In this document: in pieces, positions 1-13,475 of the stretch
Position numbering within the stretch: the first letter of the stretch is position 1
How the letters are laid out: every line of letters begins with the position of its first letter
Source of the DNA: Octopus sinensis
Taxonomy: Eukaryota
DNA length: 64,000 nt
Direction: 5' to 3'
NCBI RefSeq assembly: GCF_006345805.1
Contig: NC_043024.1
Location: 6,386,001 to 6,450,000 of the forward strand
Position numbers and translations under genes: made by a program
The notes under the pieces: model-generated
Told to the model about the DNA's origin: nothing
Seen by the model: only the letters and a program-made list of their open reading frames with translations
Databases searched by the model: none

Positions 1-287
1 GGTTTACATTGTTTGCACTCAACATCTACAGTGACCTACCAATTATAATGCTACAGAGACTTAGTTCACTTCAGACCACATGGGTGGATGGACCTTGAAT
101 AAAATTGTATAGACAAACTATCAGCCTGATGAAAGAAACTGAGTGCAAATGCAAATGTGAGATGTCTGTGCAGCAGAAATGTGCATCGGTTACATTTAAA
201 TTAAATAAATGACTGTAGAAAAAAAAATATGCAGATTTACTAATCTCAATGTTTATTGTAATTGTCTTGTATATTTAAATATATATG

Positions 288-1300
288 TACTTGATGCACC
301 CGATGTGACCCACTGGGTCACAACCACCCCAAGTCAGAAATGTTGATGTATGGCGGGAAAGGAAAAAATACTCTTTTCAAACTTTATGCAATAAAATTCT
401 TAAATCACAGGTCTCCTCATAAACATGACCAAGTGTTTCTTCTTTGAAAACTTTCAAATGGCCTTCATTTTTTTCCCTCACTTTCTTCTTTGCCATTCTT
501 TGTTACTACTGTTCCAAGTGAAATACATGGATACTTCAGCATAACGCAATGTTCTCGCAAAGTCACCATTGATGCACAATGAAAAGAATTCTGTCAATGT
601 TGTTCATTGACAGCCATATATCATCATTATCATTTAACATCCGTTGTTCATGCTGGCATGGGTTGGACAGTTTGGCTGGGTTGGCATGCTAGAAGGCTGC
701 ACCAGACGCCAGTCTGATTTGGCATGATTTTCTATGGCTGGATACCCTTCCTAATGCCAACCACTCTGAGAGTGTAATGGGTGCATTTACATGCCACCAA
801 CATGAGTGCCATTTGCATGACACTGAGGTGCGTTTATGTGCCACCAGCATGGGTGCCAATTTGCATGACACTGGTATCTGCCACAACTGTGATTTTGCTT
901 AGCTTGATGGGTCAATATATCCTCATAATTTCTGAGCAATATTCTTTGTTCATCTGGTAGGTGAACTTACCGTCTCACTATTGCAGGCACTCTTTCATGA
1001 ATTGAAAATCCTAAAATGGATGCAACTGCTTTGGATGGTCCAGTATACCTACCCATTAGATATTGACTAATTTCGTTATCATTGTTTATTTGAACAGCAG
1101 CTTGGTCATTTCTTTTCAGTGTGTACTTGATGACGTGCTTAATTGAATTCACTGAGGCAACGATTTCAACATTGCAGTGGCATTTGAATGTTCTTAAAAG
1201 AGTTTCCTTATAAGGTACAACCCATTTTTTGTTTGTTTTTCCATTCTTATGAGATTCAGCTCCTCCCATTGCAACTGATCTTCGTCTATAAAGAGATAGA
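288..1300 (-). mobile_element. Helitron RepHel remnant (internally deleted; interrupted by an RTE-tail repeat at ~622-915)
   Basis: WVVPY...HCNVEIVASVNSIK...KY...EISQYLMGRY is typical Helitron Rep sequence and continues through a stop as VHLPDEQ. GC hairpin at ~305-330 followed by CAAG-T (degenerate CTRR). Confidence 0.8.
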
Positions 1301-1724
1301 GTCTCTCTCTCTCTCTCTGTTTTTCTGCCTTTTGATTAAGACAATAAAGATTAATATCTCAATTTAAATAAAATAGTAATTTTCCACTTTAAAAGAAGAA
1401 AAAAATCAATTACCCAAGATTCAAAAATATCTTATAAAAATAAAGGGAGAATTTCTATCTTTCAAGTCCATGGCACTCCAAAAGTTGTATAAATGATTAA
1501 GGTAAGAAAAAGAAAGTAACGAAAAAGGACGTTTTCAGGGGTAGCTTTGATGACTCTTTGAAGTGTTGACATTTTCAACTTGTTTTTTTTTAAGGGAGAA
1601 ATGACTATTTTTATCACCTTAATGAAATGTCAGGAAAACAGACAAACTTTGAGTTTAGTATTATGTGTGTGTGTGTGTGTGTGTATGTACATACACACAC
1701 ACACACATACATATATGTGACTTG

Positions 1725-2045
1725 AGAATCCAAATGAGTAGTGATGCAACATTCCATGTGCATATTGCCAGGATGGCAACACTGTGTAGGCAAATAGCTG
1801 GATGTATCCTTAGATCATTCTGGATCATTCAGAACCAGTAAAAAAGGGATACCTTGCTACTCCTATGGGGGACATTTGTTCTCAGTCGTCTGGATAACTG
1901 CTACCAACAGCAGTCACCGTAGAGCATGAAACTGTTGGTGGAACTTGAGGCAACCTAGTGCCACTACGCAAAGAAGATAGACTTGGTGAAACAGATGAGC
2001 TTCTGGGAGAGGCTACAAGAACTGCAGCTCTACTCCTTTGTAAAT
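1725..2045 (+). mobile_element. CR1-group LINE RT C-terminal fragment (degraded)
   Basis: Translates with stops to FHVHIARMA...GCILRSF...LLLWGTFVLSRLDNC...ELEA...MSFWERLQELQLYS. Confidence 0.65.
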
Positions 2046-2084
2046 CTAACAACTGTTTCAGTTGCATTAATATATACACACACG

Positions 2085-3196
2085 CGAGGGGTGTTCATTA
2101 AAGATTTCCCCTGACCCACTTCCAGTTATTGCAGGAAATAGAACTTGTACAAGTATAATCATACATTTCTCTACATGTTACATTGTAAATTGCAGCTTTT
2201 CGCTAGGATTCATTTTCTTTTACGGCTGCTGAAGTGGACTAAGGTGTTATTATGGAGATAATTGGATGCAGATCAGTAATCAGGTTCTTATGCTTGAAAG
2301 GTCGAACACCAAAACAGATTTTCGATGAGATGAAAGAAGTTTATAGTGATGATGCACCATCATATGACATAGTCAAGTATTGGCATCACCAGTTCCAATG
2401 TAGTCGGATACCAATGGAAACTGCTCCTATTCCTGGATGGCCACATTTCGCCATTGATGACGGCACCATCCATAAACTGGAAGCCGCCATTTTGGCGGAT
2501 CGCCACATAACTATTAGGCAAGTAGCCCAAGAAGTGAAGACAAGTGTAGGATGTGTGGAAAAAATCATTCACAAGCATTTGCACATGTGAAAGTTGTCTT
2601 CACGATGGATGCACCTTTTCAGAAGCAGCAATAAGTCAATTACTCCCAGGCTCTTTTGGTAGTGTGCCAAGAAAACGAGGAGGACTCTTACGGCAGACTT
2701 ATCACACAGGATGAAACATGGGTCTATCACTATGATCCTGAGACTAAAGTCCAGTCAAAGCAATAGAAGCATGATAACTCACCACTTCTAAAGAAAGCTT
2801 GTGTCCAACCCTCAGCAGGTAAGGTGATGCTCAGTCTTTTGGGACCAGCGCGGAGTAGTAATAATGGATTTTCTGGCAAAGGGCACCACAATTAATGAGG
2901 CATATTATGCTTCTCTGCCACAGAAATTGTGGAGCGCCATCAAAGCAGAGAGGCGTGGCATGCTGACTAAGGGAGTCTGCCTCCTCCAAGACAACTTGTT
3001 TCTGAGGTAAAGTCTTGGCTCCAGACACAACCTACCAACCTCTACAGACAGGGTCTTCACAGCTGCATAAAGCAACGGGAGAAGTTTGTCACCATTGGTG
3101 ATGGCTAGTTAGAGAAGGACCAATAATTATGCCAAGTTTCATTTAGACCAGTCCTTGAGAAGTGGCTCAGGGGAAATCTTTAATGAATGCTCCTTG
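2085..3196 (+). mobile_element. Mariner transposon with defective transposase
   Basis: ~38-bp TIRs (TTCATTAAAGATTTCCCCTGA.CCACTTC), HTH ORF 2252-2590 and TQDETWVYHYDPETK catalytic motif, with stops and frameshifts. Confidence 0.92.
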
Positions 3197-3216
3197 TATA
3201 TGTATATATATATATG

Positions 3217-3267
<51 letters not shown>

Positions 3268-3291
3268 TTCTGAGTACCTCATTTCTTCTAA

Positions 3292-3346
<55 letters not shown>

Positions 3347-3369
3347 ATATATATATATATATATACAAT

Positions 3370-4830
3370 TAAAATTAATATTAATATTGTCGAAAATATA
3401 TGTTAATGTAATGTAATCAAGGCTAGCCAAAATTAGTGAAATTCCAACTGAACATCTGAAAAATTAACGCTAACAAAAGAATGCTAACAAAGAACACCAA
3501 AGTTGAATTCAACCAATGACATTCCTTCGTTTCACTAATAGTGATGTCATTTGATAGTGAAAATGTTTTATAAAATTAAAATGAAAATATTTAAGAAAAA
3601 TCTTTCAACTGTTGGTGACGTCAGTGGATGATGAAACATAAGTAAAACTAAAAATAAGAGAACATATGAATTTTACATTTTAACAATTAGAAATCTACAC
3701 AGAAAAATAACCTAAAAAAAGGCTACTTTTAGACACAATTATTGGTGACGTCACTTGGTAACTAAGGAATAAAATATTACGATAAGAATTCTATGTTATG
3801 ATCAATAGAAACTTAGATACTTTACCTCACAATAATTAGTTACCTACTCACTCATTATATTAAACCTTTTATAAGAATTAACCTTATTATATATTTGAAA
3901 AATAAATATAATTAATAATTAAAATATTTGAATGTCTTTCTAAATTTATGGTAACATCTTATTGTAAAGTGTCCGTTAAAATTCAATAAAAGTAATTTAG
4001 AAGTACTTATATAATACATTTCTTCAAGGCAAAGATCACAAGTAAAATTACCAATATTGTATGATGGTACATAACTAATAATGGACCACTTTAAATCATA
4101 CTTAATGTTCTTATCCTTTAATCCCAAATGTATTTACTAAGATTTGTAGAATTACTTTTCCTCCTATACTTAAATTAATGAGAGTGATTATAAAATCTAG
4201 ACTTCCAAATTGTAGTAGAAGAACCAATATAATAATACTTACGATCTCCAGTTATTACTTTACACTGATATACTATATTTTTCCTTAGACACTGATTTTC
4301 TAAAGGGCATACAATTTTGTTTTGACAATTACACATGGATCTATTCACTTGTATTTGGTACTTGTAGTTGAAAGAATTTCCACTTGTTCTCCTTTGCAGA
4401 TGAAAGTCTAACTGTATTATCAGAGTTGTGATTAGTTATAGAATCAAAACATTGTTCGGAAAGAATATCATTACAGTTAATTTCACTCCATTATCTGTTC
4501 TACTTTTATTTATAGATTTAGAATTTAGATATTCCCTAATTCTCTGCTTCTTGTGTGCTGCTATAATCTCAGCTAAATTTCTAATGGTTGGATATGAAAA
4601 CTTTACACCATGTCTACTAAATAATTGCCAATATTTGCTTGAAGGTGGGAAATGCCTATCTAGTGCAGCAAAGAATTTATGAGGGATATTGGAAGCTATT
4701 GAATGCAACAGTATACCATACAGTATGTGTTGATCTATTCTTTTTATATATATGTACTATTTTTGTTAGTATAACCTTTATTAAAATTGAATTTTTTGCT
4801 ATCGTAATTTTTATTCCTAAATTTGTTGTT
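3370..4830 (-). mobile_element. Penelope-like retroelement 3' remnant (RT thumb plus C-terminal GIY-YIG)
   Basis: LDRHFPP...FSRHGVKFSY, CPLENQCL..NIVYQC, YYIGSS...KSRFYNH, KWSII...CDLCLEE...CYH. Bounded by TA/TTA microsatellites. Confidence 0.85.
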
Positions 4831-4850
4831 GTTGTTATCATTATTATTAA

Positions 4851-4891
<41 letters not shown>

Positions 4892-5124
4892 TATTATTAC
4901 TATTATTATTATTATTATTATTATTGAGTGAGACACTGGGGTAAAATATACGAAGCCCAATATACTCATCATGACTACCCGTCTGATAAAGGTACACCAG
5001 GCACATGCATCACAACCATATGTGTGCGACATGGTGATCTGATATGAAGATAAACAGCACATGACCTTGCAGGTGGGGCCCAGTTAGAATTTTCTTCAGG
5101 TTGAGTATTATTTTCTTCAGGTTG

Positions 5125-5157
<33 letters not shown>

Positions 5158-5179
5158 GTTGTTGTTATTATTATTATTT

Positions 5180-5641
5180 GTCACACGGTATACAATATAA
5201 TGAAGTTGTTGATTGAAGAAATTGTGTCTACCGGGGTTTGTACTGTTTGTCAAGTCACAACAAGGACCTCACACAGACAATATGCGTGCATTTCCAAGTA
5301 ATGTTGACTTTTGCTATACATCTAGATTGTAGCATATTTCTAAGGTTTTCAGAGGTTTTTTTCAGACTGAGTGGTACTGAACCCAATGCTCCAATGACAA
5401 TAGGGATAACCTTTATGTTTGGCTCTCGTGGCCACATCTTAGCGATCACAATTCTCAGGTCTCCATATTTATCAACTTTTTCTTTCCTAATGATCTGTTG
5501 ATCTCCTGGCACTGCTACCTCGATTATTAGGCACTCTTGTTTGTCCCTCCTAAAGGTTACTATATCCGGCCTTTGGTGCTCTAACACCTTGTCTGTCTGG
5601 AAATCAAAGTCCCAGAGGATTTTTGCTGTCCCCTTTTCGCC

Positions 5642-5644
<3 letters not shown>
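5180..5644 (-). mobile_element. R4/Dong-like RLE non-LTR retrotransposon 3' fragment in (TAA)n
   Basis: KILWDF..QTD...RPDI....IIEVAVP...EKVDKY...IPIVIGALG restriction-like endonuclease motifs, flanked by TTA repeats. Confidence 0.88.
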
Positions 5645-5701
<57 letters not shown>

Positions 5702-7644
5702 GGTGGCAAGCTAGCAGAATCCTTAGCACACTGGGCAGAATGATTGCAGTATTTCATCCGTCTTCACGTTCTGAGTTCAAATTCCACTCAGGTCAACTTT
5801 ACCTTTCATCATTTTAGGGTCGATAAATTAAGTACCAGTGAAATACTGGGGTTGATGTCGTCGACTTACCACCTCCCCCCCAAATTTCAGACATTGTTCC
5901 TTTAGTAGAAAAGATTATTATTATTATTGGTGCGTTGGCAGAATTGTTAGTGTCAGAAAAGCTGCACTTATTTTTGGGTCTCAATACTTTGAGTTCGAAT
6001 CCAATGACTCTCTTTACTCTTTTACTCTTTTACTTGTTTCAGTCATTTGGCTGCAGCCATGCTGGAGCACTGCCTTTAGTCGAACAAATTGACCCCACTA
6101 ATACTTATTCTATCAGTCTCTTTTGCCAAACCGCTAAGTTACGGGTATATAAACACACCAGCATCGGTTGTCAAGCGATGTTAGGGGTACAAATACAGAC
6201 ACACAAACATATACACACACATACACATATATATATACATATATACGACAGGCTTCTTTCAGTTTCCGTCTACCAAATTCTTTCACAAGGCTTTGGTTGC
6301 CCCAAGGCTATGTAGAAGACACATGCCCAAGGTGCCACGTGGTGGGACTGAACCCACAAGCATGTGGTTCGTAAGCAAGCTATTTACCACGCAGCCGCTC
6401 CTATGCCTATAAAACAAATACAAAAAAGTTTTAAAATATACTAAAGAACACAGTTTGTGAAAAATAAAATACCACCACCATAACAACACTTCCAACAACA
6501 ATAAAATTACTAAACCAACAGGATAGTCACGGTTGGATCTTACCTTTGAATATATATCTGCTGGATCACAGTTAAACAAGGGTTAAACAACAACAACAGA
6601 ACTTTTACACTAACCTGATTATTGTAAAACAACCTTCATATTAGGTATTGTGTCTTGCGGTATCGTATTATCAGCTGAGAGAATATTCTGGAAGGTTCAG
6701 ACACAAAACTTCTGAGGTTATTTGTAACCAAATATATGCTATTTCTTACCATATTTAATCACTGAACAAACAGAGTTGGGTGGATTGAATAACAAAAAGG
6801 CATTTATTTTTGTTGTTGTTGTTGTTGTTGTCATTATTATTATCATTATTATACATGGTTGTATGTTATGCAGTATTGTATCGCTTGTTATTGTGTAGCA
6901 TTGTGATAAAGAATGTCAGGAAATTCTATATTTATATACCCTTACATACAAACATAAATCCATACATACATGAAAACGTACATATATTCTTTTACTTGTT
7001 TCAGTCATTTGACTGTGACCATGCTGGAGCACCACCTTTATAGTCGATCAAATCGACTCCAGAGCTTATTCTTTGTAAGCCTAGTACTTAATCTGTTGGT
7101 CTCTTTTGCCGAACCGCTAAGTTACGGGGACGTAAACACACCACCATCAGTTGTCAAGCAATGGTGAGGGACAAGCAGACACACAAACATATACACACAC
7201 ATGCATATATACATATATATATATATATATATATGTACATATATACGACGGGCTTCTTTCAGTTTCCATCTACCGAATCCACTCACAAGGCTTTGGTCGG
7301 CCTGAGGCTATAGTAGAAGGCACTTGCCCATGGTGCCACGCAGTGGTACTGAACCCAGAACCATGTGGTTGGTAAGTAAGCTGCTTACCCCACAGCCACT
7401 CCTGCGCCTATACATACATGCAAACATACATACATATATATGTATGTACTTACATATATACACACATATATACATTTTACGTGCATATATACATACATTC
7501 ATGTGCATACATAGATGCATACATACATAGATGCATACATACATAGATGCATACATACAAATATACATACATATATACATACAAACATACATACATACAT
7601 ACATACATACTACATACAGACAGACAGACAGACAGACATAAACA

Positions 7645-8904
7645 CAAGGTGCATAAGATATTTGAGGACAGATTATGCTTATAAAAAAAACAGATATATA
7701 ATAACAGATAATAACTTTATTTATCACAAAATGCTATGAGGATAAAAATTTAATTTTCTATAATGTTATTCTATAAAGCCATCTTCAGCTTTAACAACTG
7801 CTTCTATATGAGATCTAAATCATCTACATGCTCGAATCAAGTGGCCCTGGTTCATTTTGGACATTACTCTGACTATGGCAACTTTCAAAGAATCTTTGGT
7901 GTTATGGGCGAGTTCATTGACCTCTCTCTCTCTCAACAATGCTCCACATGTAATAGTCCAATGGATTGAGATCTGGGGCATTAGGAGGCCAAATGTTTGG
8001 GGTTATGTGATCATGAAAATTTTCAGCCATCCATTCTTCTGTTACTAGAGCCATGTGTGATAGTGCAGAGTCTTACTGAAACAAATATGGCCTTCCATTG
8101 CATATGCTGTCTATCCAGGGCTTAACAATTATTTCCAAGACCTCAATGTAGGCTGCAGAGTTAACTCTAAGGCTTTGTGGAAAGAAGTAAGGAGCCATCA
8201 CATGTCCTTCATTGCTGATAACCCCTAAAACCATGACAATTTCAGGAAATTTTGTATACATAACACTTGGAACTTCAGCAGGATCTGCACATAGCCATCT
8301 GTCTTTTCTTCTATTAAGTTTTTAATCTTGGTCGAAGTTTTCTCATTTGAGAAAAACCAAATCAAATCTTCTTCTGGATTTTTCAGTTTGTTTAAGAGCC
8401 TTTTAGATCTGATGTAGTAATTTTCTTTTGCTTTTTCCGACAAAATGACCTTTTCTCATCATATAAGACTTATATTTGTCGTCTTCGTGGACAACATTTC
8501 TGACTTTTCCTTATGACACATGGAGATCTTTTGCAATTGACCTCATGGACTTTCTGGGATTGTAATCAATGATCTGTTGAACTTGCTGGATAAATTCAGT
8601 TGTTCTGATGATTTCAGAGTGTTTAGAATGCTTTTTATGTTTTGACACTGGTGATAAGTTTCCATCTTCAGTCTCTAGCGCCTTATAAATTTTGTAAACA
8701 AAAGATCTGGCAGCTTTTAAAAATCGAGATATTTCTAAATCGCTATGCTCAGCCTTTATAACCACAATAACAGCATGCCTCTTCATTTCTTGAGTAAAAT
8801 GAGGATCTGCCATTATTATTTTCTGAAACAAAGATTATACAGAGTTAGTAAAAAATGCAGCATCAAACCCAAAGCGGTATGTCCTCAAATACCTTACGCA
8901 TTAT
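7645..8904 (-). mobile_element. Tc1/mariner-superfamily transposon (maT/DD37D-like), defective
   Basis: TIR core AAG.TATTTGAGGACA at both ends. Fragments VMVLGVISNEG...PYLFQ.DSA..H and WPPNAPDLNPLDYY. Confidence 0.85.
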
Positions 8905-9151
8905 GTACATACATACATACATACATACATACATACATACATGAATACATAAATACACACATAAATACATATGTACATACATACATACATACATACATAC
9001 ATACATACATACATACATACATACATACATACAAAAATATATTGTTGATGTTGAAATTCCAATGAAGGAACCTTGGATCTAGGTTAGAAACCGGCTCTTT
9101 CTCTATTGACAAGAAATCTCGAACTAAAACTGAATAATGACATACATACAC

Positions 9152-10452
9152 GCTGATTCCAATATTTGCGATACTTGATTTATCTGTAGAGGAAATCGAC
9201 TCCAAAGATATCAAAACCTGCAAAATCCTGATAGCAACTGGGAACTTCCACAGAAACAGTGATGTTGACAGGTTGTACCTAGGAAAGAAATGAAGATGAA
9301 GGCCTGAGATCAGTGCAGACGGCCTTCAAATGCCATATGGTATCACTTGGGCAGAACCTGCTAAACAACAGCAGCAAAAATAAATAACTAAATGCAGTGC
9401 TGAAAAGTGAAGTGAGCAACATTGTGCAAGTTGGTAGCAAGCTCCTCAAGAAGCACTTTCTTCCTGATGATCTCCTATACAACCCCAAAACAGCTGGGCT
9501 CCCTTACTTCAGAGAAGACCTGGATGGACAGCACTCTGCATACAAAAAAAAGACTATGTATGGGATATGTTGCCTGGAAGCTTGAAGTAGACAGTAGATT
9601 TGACACGAAGGACAGCTTCTCTTGGACACAAGACCACTACATCACATCACACTTTGAGGGCAATGCGTTTGTAGTACAGGAACAGGAAATTGCCACAAAG
9701 TACCTGGTGAACAAGTGAGAAAATGACACTCTTGTAACCCCAAGGTGCAACCGCATGTGTAGGCTATGTCATGTTTTTGTGGAAGACATCACACCTGTAA
9801 TTAGCAGCTGTCCTAAAATGTCATCACAGTACTACCTCCCTATGTGGCACAATGTCATTGCTAAAACAATTTACAATGCCGCCTGTAGAAAAGACTGTCC
9901 TGAAATAAACTTATAAAATCCCTCTGTTATGGAATAAACACCAACTCAAGGAATACTGGTGGAATATTCCCATCAAAACTTCAGTCAAATGTAAACATAA
10001 CAGGCCAGATATTGTTGTTTGGGAGAGAGGGGCAAAGGTATGTACCGTCATAGAGGTTAGCTGCCCTGCAGATATAAATATCTCTTTGAAAATCAAAGAA
10101 AAATAGGATATCTATGGACAACTGTTTCAAAACCTTCAGCTTCTATATCCAGACTCTGAATTCATATTCATACCAATAATAATTGGAGCACTAGGTTTTG
10201 TTAGTAAATGCTAAAAGGAGAATCTGGATAAACTGATTTTCAGAAAGAGAAATCGACCGGCTGATTCGTACATTACAAGTGCAATCTGTGAGTGGAACAG
10301 TAAAAATATGCAAGACTTTTCTCAATTTCCAAATGTGAATTCATCTGTGTTAACTACATCCCAAAGATGGAGATTTCTTTCTTTGTTGGAAACCGGCTCC
10401 CTCCTCAGTGGAAGATTTATAATAATTAAAAAATAAAAGCGACATACATACA
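9152..10452 (+). mobile_element. R4-clade-like RLE LINE 3' portion, degraded, in (TACA)n
   Basis: CRLC...SSCP zinc knuckle remnant, WWNIPIKT...HNRPDIVVW...IEVSCP, IPIIIGALG. Ends in gacatacataca. Confidence 0.82.
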
Positions 10453-10930
10453 TAAATAATGGCTGTTGTAGGCAGAGGCAGGTCACTTTTAAGAAGCTCA
10501 CTTTTGAACCATTTGGTTGTGGGTTCATTCTCACTGAGCTGAAACTTGTCTTCAACCAAAGCCCTGTGCTGACAAATGACTGCTGAGTAAATTTTGTAGA
10601 CGGAAACTGCATGGAAGCCCATATTCTATATCATCATCATCATCACCATCATCGTCACATCATCATCATCATCATCATCATTAGTTCATGTCCATTTTTC
10701 CTGCGGGCATGTGTCGGGCAGTTTGACAGGAGCTGGAAAGCCAGGGGACTGTATAAGCTTTACCATCTCCATTGGAATGGTATCTATGATTGGATGCCCT
10801 TCTTAATGCCAACCATTTCAAAGAGTGGACTGGGTGCTTTTTTTTTTTTATGTGGACCCAACACTGATGAGATCAGCAAGTAAGTATGAAGCAAGTATGA
10901 AGTATAAGGAATAGCATGGATACTTCAGTT

Positions 10931-11292
10931 GGAGAGAGAGAAAGAGAAGGGAGAGAGAGGAGAGAAAGAGAGAGAGAAGAGAGAAAGATGAAAGAGAGAG
11001 AAAGGAGAGTGAAGAGAGAAAGAGAGAGAGAAGCAAGAAAGAAAAAGAAGAGAAGGAGAGAAGAGAGAAAGAGACAGAGAAGAGAGAAAAAGAGAGAGAA
11101 GAGAGAGAGAAAGATAGAAGGGAGAGGGAAGATAGAAAGAGAGAGAGAAGAGAGAGGGAAAGAACGGAGAGGGAAAGACAGAGAGAAGAGACAAAAGAGA
11201 GAGAGAAGAGAGAGATAGAAAGAAAGAGAAGAGAGAGGGAGAGAAGGGAGAGAGAAGAGAGAAAGAGAGAGAAAATAAGGAGAGAGAGAGAG
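10931..11292 (+). repeat. ~360-bp (GA)-rich polypurine tract
   Basis: Almost exclusively A/G on the + strand. Confidence 0.95.
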
Positions 11293-12976
11293 AATGTGGT
11301 GATGGGGACGTGTGGGTGGAAGTGGTGTCCTATTAAGGTAGATTGGCATGAATACAGGTAAAGGAATGCAGAGGATTGGACAGGGTGTGGGGGGAAGGAG
11401 GTTGGGGAGAATCTGAAGGAGGAGTGGGGGCAGAGGGGAGGGGAAGTAGGGATGCAATGAGTGGTGAACACGGGGAAGGGGAGGGGTGGTTAGGGAGATG
11501 AGGAGTTCTTAGGGAGATTTGTCAGCGGGGGGGGGGAGTCTGTGCAGAGACATGCCTTTAGGGGCAGTGGTTCTCAGCCAGGGTCCATAAAGACCCCTAG
11601 GGGTCTATTTAAGTCGACCTCATGGAATTTGAACTAAGGACGTAACAGCAGATGAAATGCTGCTAAGCATTTCACCTGGTGTGCTAACGATTCTGCCAGT
11701 AAGCTTCTTACCACACAGCCACACCTGTTTATAGATCCGCAATACATAAAATATTTGATCATTTTTCATAGAATTCCTAATAATATTTAAGCATAAATAT
11801 ATAATAAAAGGTTTCAGGCAACAAATGGCTATGAGGTCCCTCTCCCCTGAGTGAAAAGGGAACCAAAGGGGTCTATGCCTACTAACAGTTTTATATAATA
11901 CTTTTTCCCCCTGTATTGTGTATTTGTTTCGTTTTGTATCTGGTATTAGTAATGGATCTTCTATAAGTATGAAGCTGTATACTCTTTTACTTGTTTTAGT
12001 CATTTGACTGTGGCCATGCTGGAGCACCGCCTTTAGTTGAGCAAATCGACCCCAGGACTTATTCTTTGTAAGCCTAGTACTTATTCTATCAGTCTATTTT
12101 GCCGAACTGCTAAGTTACGGGGACGTAAACACACCAACATCGGTTGTGAAGCGATGTTGGGGGGGACAAACACAGACACACAAACATATACACACACACA
12201 CACACACACATATATATGTATACATATATACGACGGGCTTCTTTCAGTTTCTGTCTACAAAATCCACTCACAAGGCTTTAGTCAGCCCAAGGCTATAGTT
12301 GAAGACACTTGCCCAAGGTGCCACGCAGTGGGACTGAACCCGGAACCATGTGGTTCATAAGCAAGCTATTTACCACACAGCCACTCCTATGCCTAGAATT
12401 TGCCATTTATATATCTATGAAGACCAAGAAGAAATCTTGCAAAACAGAGTTTATTTTAAGGAGGTGCCTCTTGGAATCACCAGAGGAGACACATCTACAC
12501 TGAGGGATACATCTAAACCAGGTGTTCAGTATCCCACTTCTGAGGGGTCGATGCTAAATGTGTCGAAACAATTGTAGTGACCAATAAAGATTCTCGTGTC
12601 TTCCATCTTCTGTCTCTCTCATTAATGAAATATATGTGTATAGATATACACATATATATATATATATATATATTTTTTCTTTTTCGTGACCGACAGTCCA
12701 TCAGATGTAGTTACACATCGCTGGTCACAATGCATTCGCATTGTTTTAGCCTTCAAATGAGGCCACCCCGCTGGCTAAGCGAGCAGGCCAACAGAAAGAA
12801 AGAGTGGGAGAAAGAGTGGTGAAAGAGTACAGCAGGGATCACCACCCCCTGCCGGAGCCTCGTGGAGCTTTTGGGTGTTTTCGCTCAATAAACACTCACA
12901 ACGCCCGGTCTGGGAATCGAAACCACGATCCTACAACCGCGAGTGCGCTGCCCTAACCATAAGGCCATTGCGCCTC

Positions 12977-13155
<179 letters not shown>

Positions 13156-13308
13156 CGGGGGGGACGGGTGATTGTGTATAGAAGAATATATTAATAAAAG
13201 GAATTCCAACCTTGTCTGATTTTCACGTTTTATTTACAATCTTATAATGATATAATATAATATATTATAATAAAATAAAATAATAGAATGTTAAATGTTC
13301 ATTCTGAG

Positions 13309-13353
13309 TGAACTAGTACTTTCATGCATTAAATAGTGCAATCTTCAGGTTCA
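13309..13353 (-). ncRNA. Minimal type I hammerhead ribozyme motif (inverted copy)
   Basis: Minus strand reads TGAAC-CTGAAGA-TTGCA ctatttaa TGCAT-GAAA-GTAC-TA-GTTCA; differs from the + copy only in loop II. Confidence 0.85.
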
Positions 13354-13430
13354 TGTAGTAGTGGTGACAGTCATGCTTCACAATTTTTGACATTCAGAAA
13401 TTGTGAAGCATGACTGTCACCACTACAACA

Positions 13431-13475
13431 TGAACCTGAAGATTGCAGAATTCAATGCATGAAAGTACTAGTTCA
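13431..13475 (+). ncRNA. Minimal type I hammerhead ribozyme motif
   Basis: TGAAC-CTGAAGA-T.TGCA gaattcaa TGCA.T-GAAA-GTAC-TA^-GTTCA. Stem I 5 bp, intact core, palindromic AGTACT helix III. Confidence 0.85.

Noticed and set aside
121-195. CTGATGA...GAAA-TGTGCA-TC hammerhead-like spacing
   Set aside because: Helix I only forms by consuming C3, and helix II is unconvincing; at best a heavily decayed relic.
1882-2079. Ser-rich minus-strand ORF as a host exon
   Set aside because: It is the antisense of a degraded CR1-group LINE fragment on the + strand.
10848-11471. Long Ser/Leu and Arg/Glu ORFs
   Set aside because: Products of the GA microsatellite tract.
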